Positions 58,106 through 64,000 of a DNA stretch of 64,000 nt are shown one piece after another. Below the pieces are notes generated by a model that was not told the origin of the DNA, made no database searches, and saw only the letters and a program-made list of their open reading frames with translations. Position 1 is the first letter of the stretch. The number at the start of each line of letters is the position of its first letter. The stretch is from assembly GCF_009914755.1 (NCBI RefSeq), contig NC_060927.1. One strand, given 5' to 3'. The stretch comes from the human T2T-CHM13v2.0 reference genome, Homo sapiens. Position numbers and translations under genes: made by a program.

Positions 58106-59380
58106 TGGCCTCGTAAATGATCTTTTCTGCCCTGCAGAGGGTAAGGGAGTCTGTCCATGCTCCCGGGACAGTACTGACTGCTCCTTAGTCCCTGCAGTTC
58201 TGAACCCAATAAGAAACTCCCAAATGTTATTACCATGTGACCCTTAAGATTCCTGAGTCAGAGGGCCTGATGTCACTAGGCCCCAAAAAAAGACCCTGAG
58301 GGAGATTTAAAAATAAACAGCCTTTAGCTCACAAGTACAGGTGGGACCTGCTGTCCCCTCTGACAACAGAACAGGTTGGCTGGACAGTACATATTATCAA
58401 GGACTTGGGTTAGACTTGAGGGTGAATCTTCCAACCCAGGGGAACCAAAAACATGGAGCTACAGAGGCTCCTCTGGCACAATGACTGAGTCGCCCCGGGC
58501 CAGGGCGAGTGCAGCCACCCGCAGACAGCAAGTTGGCTTCATGGCCCCAGAAGCGAAGCCCTGCTGGTATTTTCGCCACTCCTTGCTATGCCCTTTATAT
58601 ACATTACCTCGGGCTCTTGCCCAGGTCACAAGGGCCGGAACTAGGACTCAAAGCCAGGTATGTCCACAGACACTGCCCTTCCTCTGACCCTAGAACCAAG
58701 CTCCAGGGGACTGCTGGACCATCTAAATCTCACTACGCCCACAGATTATTCCTGTGTTGCCCCCTCCCCAGTAAAGCCAAGGGAACTGGCCTCAAGCTCC
58801 AGGGCACCTCTTCTTTCCCACCTTCCCACTCTGAAGTGCAGCTCTGCAGACAGTCTCTGAATCCCAAGTTTTCTAACTTGGGAAGCATGAAGAGGCCACT
58901 AGTACCACTCTGATTTCCTTGTTATTCCTGGAGCCAACCTTTGTCCTAGGACCCCTCGGCCAGGGAGAGGAAGGGGGACAACAGGACTGTCAGAGGGTGC
59001 AGGCACAAAGGAGGACCAGCCCTTCAGTCTCCTTGAAGTCCCTGGGACCCCACCCTGGTCCTCAAAGTCATAATATTTACAGGGAACACTGCAAAGCCAG
59101 CCACCCAGCAGCTCTGCCTGGCAAGTTACCGCAAACAGCAGATGGCTCTGAACAATCTGAACGCAGGCCCCCCTCTCCTTACAGCCGGCACCCCAGCCCA
59201 CCCCCGGTAAGTAAATAAACAAGCAAGAAACTCCAGAACCAGGCAGAAGCACAGCTCTGGATGGCTCTATCTAAGCAAGCTGCCCTTCCTGCAGAGGCCA
59301 CCCTGGAGCCAGAACCACACATTCACACTGCAGGGGAAAGCCGGTACACATCCTTCTAGGGGCAAAAAATGTCCACTGCA

Positions 59381-59381
<1 letters not shown>

Positions 59382-59417
<36 letters not shown>

Positions 59418-59421
59418 GCAC
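59382..59421. repeat. (CA)n(CGCA)n microsatellite
   Basis: Seen directly. Confidence 0.95.
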
Positions 59422-61799
59422 GACCAGTGCTGTAGTCTGTGTGTGGCTGTGAGTATGTGGGAGCAGGGCAAGTAGAGGGGATGGAGAAAGGAAAGGGAGG
59501 GAACGTTAATAGAGCCAAAGTGCTTATTTTATTACAACCTTTTATAAATAAGCCTCACTTAGCCCCAGCCAGACACATAGTCTTGGTGCCTAAAATCATG
59601 ACTCCTCTACATTCTGGAGACCTAGATGGTGAGACAGGGGTGTGTACAGGGTGGGAGAGGAAACCCACCAAAGTTCTGAATGTCTACCCCTGCCCCTCCA
59701 GCTCCCAGAACTCCTGCATGGGGACCCATCCAGCCGCAAGTTAGCTAGAAAAGCTGGAGTCCAAATGCCACTATAACACTTACTGGCTGTGTGATCTTGG
59801 ACAAGTTACTTAACCTCTCTGTGCTTCAGTTTCTCATCTGTAAAATGGAGAATAATATCTGTAATCAAGAGCTGCAGAGTTAAAGTAGATACTAACTATC
59901 AGGATAATTCTCCCATTTTTCGTTTTTCTTACCTCTCTCTATAGTCTACAAAAAAGACTTCTTTCGTGGACAGGCTGAGAATCATCGTCACCACCATCAC
60001 CCTGTATCTAATCCCAAGACGGCTCTCCAGGGTAGGTGCTCTTATCCCTATCTTATTGATGAAGACACCGAGGCTCAGAAAGGTTCTGACACTGACCTGA
60101 GGTCAAAGCCTAAGTGACAGCGCCACAGGACCGTCAAAGAGGCAGAGCGTGAGAGCCCAAGCAGGCCCATGGAAAGGCTTCCAGAAGATGCAGCTCTCCT
60201 CAGAACTCCAGGCCAGGAGGAGGTCAGGAAAGGCTCAAAGGCATGAATGAGCCCGAAGCAGCTCAGCTTTAGGTGGACAGGAGGGCACAGGGCCAGCTGC
60301 CAAGCTGGGTGACTCAGCCTTGACACTTTACTCCTCCTGGGGCCCAGGCACTGAGCCCTGGCTCCCCTCATCCTCGGCAGAGGCCACCATCCTAACGTCA
60401 ACCAGGAGCCCCGAGGCCCAGTGAGAGAGACCCCACGGCATGCCAGTGGCTCCAGGGATCCTATCTTCCACCCTGGCCATCTCTTGGCTTCTCAGAACAC
60501 TGTCCTTCATGCTGCCACTCCCCACCCATATGTGCTCTCTGGAAGGAACTGGGGTGCCCCCAGAACTGGCCCATCTTCTACTTAGGAGACATGTTTCAAT
60601 TTGCTCAGCACAGTCTCGTTATGCCTATTGTCTGGAACAAATTATTAACAGCACCCTCTCTCCTTCCACTCTCAAAAGAGTCTTGGTTTTGATGCTAAAT
60701 CATATGGTCACCATACCCCGACCCTCCCTCAAGGCTACCTGAGCCGTGGGCCCAAATCTGTTAGCCAAGGAGGGGCACCTCACCCTCCTTGGGCAGTTTC
60801 AAAGACGTCCAGGAAACACCCCTGACCAGTCTTTTTTACTTTGCAGGCTGCAGAAACTTTCTTCCCACGCTGCCTGCCAGCGCCCCCGACCCCAGCCCGT
60901 TTCCTGTAACTTCTCCTAGATATAGCCCAGCTGGGTCTTCTCATCATAATGCAAATGACCCAAGGTCTTAAGCCCGTCAGCGTGGAAGGGAACCTCCAGC
61001 AGAAACCGCCCACTCCAAAACAGAGAAAGACGACAGCCACAGCCATGACCCAGCACAGCTCATGCAAACACTAGGATCCATAAGAAAGTGCTGGACCTTC
61101 AAGGAGAGGAGAAACAGGTACTCCCTCAGGCTCCAGTCCATTCATTTCTTCACTACTTCATTCATTCAACAAAAACTGATTAAATTACCGGGTTCAAGGC
61201 TGCGTCCCTATAATCAATGGTACAAATATAACAACCCACAGAATTAGGATGTAGATACACACAGACACATGTATGTGTATACACAGATTTTATTATTCAT
61301 GTGTGTGGGTTGTGAGAGCTATTCCAAGAATAATCTGAAAATCATTGGTATCAGGCTTTGAAATGCATCGATGCTTTTTAATAGATTTACCTCCTTGGTG
61401 ATGTTTGAGCCCATGTGATATTTATTACATTGTTATTTAAATGAGCCTAGACTCTGAGACCTCTTCTACTTTCATAGAAAATGCCAGGGTTGGGGAAACT
61501 AGCCAGGGGAAAAAAAATCAATCCAGCCAAATCCATTGACTAGGGAGTAGGTATTAATTGCCCAGGATTTTATCAGCACAGCAGGAGGCTGGGGGTAAAC
61601 TACAGAGTGCAAAGTAGGTGACAGTAACAACAACAACAAAAAATACAAATCTACAAGGCCGCAGAGAAGCTCATCTCTTACCTAGGAGGACATTCATCCT
61701 GACCCGGCCCAGCCCAGTCATAGACAAACATGAGATATTCAAATCAAGGGAAATAGTAACCCCCCTTAAAAAGGCCTATTGCAGATGCAAAAAAGAATT

Positions 61800-62930
61800 T
61801 CCTTTCAACACAACATTAATTAGGCAAACATGTACTAAACCCAATGGCAGGCCAGGCACTCTGCTAGGACTGGCAACATCAGCAATAAATAAGGCCTATC
61901 TTGGGTCTTGAGACACATCCAGTCTAGGAGGAGACAGATAAAACCAGGAGAGTACAACAGCTGGTCACGGTGTGTGGTCACACAGGAGCACCAGAAAGGA
62001 AAGGAAAGAGTCCGTCCCTGAATGCTGGAAGGTGACCCAGGAAGGCTTCCCAGAGAAGGTGATATTTGAGGTGGGTTCTGGAATGCAGATGAGTAGCAAA
62101 GGGGGACAAGACACTGGAGGGACAGAAAGCATTCTAGAGAAGCTTGGCAGAAGAGAACAGCTGTTCAGGGGTGTAGGGCAGATGGGGGGAAGCCAGTATT
62201 TTGGGCCAGAATGGCAAGGAAGTGATGTGCTCAGACCTGAATTTTGGAAATGTCGCATTACAGCTGTATGGAAGGTGGCCCAGAGCTAAGTAAAAGGCTG
62301 CGCAATGGTCCAGATGAGAGATGATGAAGGTCTAACCAGGGCAGGTTGGGAGGGGCCGCGGAGGTTGGAGGAATGGAGGGGACGTTTCAGAGCCAAACCC
62401 ATCAGCACTGTATGACCAACTGAAAGTGGGAGGCGAGGAGAGGGAGTTGTCAAGGATGACTTCAGTTTCTAAGCAGGCAACAGGGAGAATGACAGGAAAC
62501 AAGACAGAGAAGAGAGGCAGTGGAGGAGCCGGTCTCCGTGAGGACAGTGGGGTGGATGAGTGAGGGGTACACATGATGGGTTTAAGGTACCCCAGGGAGC
62601 AATAACTAACAGGCAGCTGGAAATGTGCAGGTGCATCTCCGGAGAGGCTGGGCCAGAGGGACAGATATGGGGAGGGTTAACAAAATCACAGAGATGGACA
62701 AAATGAGCTGGAAGAAAAGAGCCCAAGATGGAGCCCTGGGAAAAACAAATGCTTGAGGAGGAAAAGAAAAGAGGAGGCCAAAACAACAGACAGAGTGGGA
62801 ACAGCCAAAGAAAGACGAGAATGGGAGTGGGGCCAGAGCAAGCAGTGCCAGGTGAAGGAGACCCATCATGTGGCAGCCAGGGGCCCCCAATATGAGCGGC
62901 AAGGGCTGCTTTCACCATGAGGGTCCTCTG
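61800..62930 (-). mobile_element. Degraded L2 LINE
   Basis: Purine-rich reverse L2 blocks (GGAAGGCTTCCCAGAGAAGGTGATATTTGAG, GTCAAGGATGACTTC). Confidence 0.65.
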
Positions 62931-64000
62931 TGAGATTGGGGAGGCACATACGCTGAGAACTACCCTGTCAAGAGGGCCAGTGGGGAGTTGGAGGAGAGAG
63001 ACGTGAGAGATGGAGGCACGCCAGGGAGTGAAGGAGGTGTTTCTATACTGGGGACCTGTGTCCCTAGTTAGCCTCTACAGGAGGGACCTGGGGAAGGAGG
63101 CGGGGCGGGAGGCCAGGAGTCATGGAAGGAAGGAGGGAGGAAGGTGGCCAGAAGGAAAGAATGGAGGCCAGGTCAAAGGAGGGAATGCCTTGGGCAGGAG
63201 AAGGAACTGGGCTGCTCTGAGAAGCCAGGAGGTGCAGGACGTCGGCTGAGATGGAGAGGGAAGGCTTATGACGTCCTCAATGAGGCAGGAAGTTTATCTG
63301 CAAAAACATGAGGGCTTGGTGGAGACACAGGACTGGGAGCTACAGAGAGGACAGCAGTGAGGGCTCAGATCGGCCACTCTGGAGAAGAGGATATGACTAA
63401 AACAGCAAATCTCCTCAGAAGATCCTTGCCAAAATGTCTGGCCCAGGAGAGGAACTGGTTCAGAAGAGTTAGGAACGCAGCTTCAAGACTTTCCTCTGGA
63501 CTAGGATTTGTAGTCCTGACCACTCTCCCTGCCTCAATCTTCAAACCACTTTTTCCCAATACCAGTAGGGTCCATTTGTACAGGGAGAGTTTTCGCAAAA
63601 GAGAGCTAAGCACCCCCACACCCCTGCTGCGAGCACACACACATGCGCACACACACGTTCCACACCATGCTGGCCACTCCTGGTTCCATACAGGCCCACA
63701 TCTGTTTCTTGCTCTTGGTGAAGCCCCCAGCAGAGCGGCACATGTGGAGAGGCATGTGACAAGCAGATGAGAGGGACACTAACCCTGAGGTTAGAAAAAC
63801 CTATAACTTTCCCCCTCGCTGACCACAGGGTCAGTCAACTCTACCAGAATTAAGTGCTTCTCTGTCCGTGGCTCTGAATAGGACAAACTCCAGCCTGAAG
63901 TGAATACCACCAAAAACTAATTTAACGGACAGTGCACAGATGTCCATGCAGGCCTTCTGAGCTGCAACTACAAAAAACAAATGGTGCAGTGCTCGCTGGG

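Noticed and set aside
59200-59215. Strong plus-strand donor CCG|GTAAGT suggesting an antisense exon
   Set aside because: An isolated donor match is expected by chance in 64 kb, and no paired acceptor or promoter is evident.

Overview
This is primate (human-like) genomic DNA from inside ADCY5 (adenylate cyclase 5), transcribed on the minus strand. Six consecutive coding exons can be read directly with GT-AG boundaries and matching phases: canonical exons 2-7, of 150, 122, 112, 128, 159 and 142 nt. They encode the end of the first transmembrane bundle, the helical domain and the C1a catalytic domain. Positions 26699-64000 are part of the long first intron. The rest is intron rich in Alu, L1, L2, MIR, MaLR LTR and DNA-transposon fossils plus microsatellites. 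No RNA genes, CRISPR arrays or prokaryotic systems are supported, and nearly all ORFs in the track are spurious. The main unexplained structures are: (1) a ~153-bp inverted duplication at ~50 kb whose second arm is flanked by a 10-bp direct repeat and whose inner 56 bp are perfect; (2) an in-frame alternative start exon (MAPSRFRTQLE) at ~42 kb; (3) an islet-type motif cluster in intron 3; (4) an exon-4 branch-point region supplied by an LTR; (5) a CTTCCTCAAGG/CA-spacer array. Repeat boundaries and subfamily names are by eye and approximate. Exon and residue numbering is from recalled NM_183357 structure.
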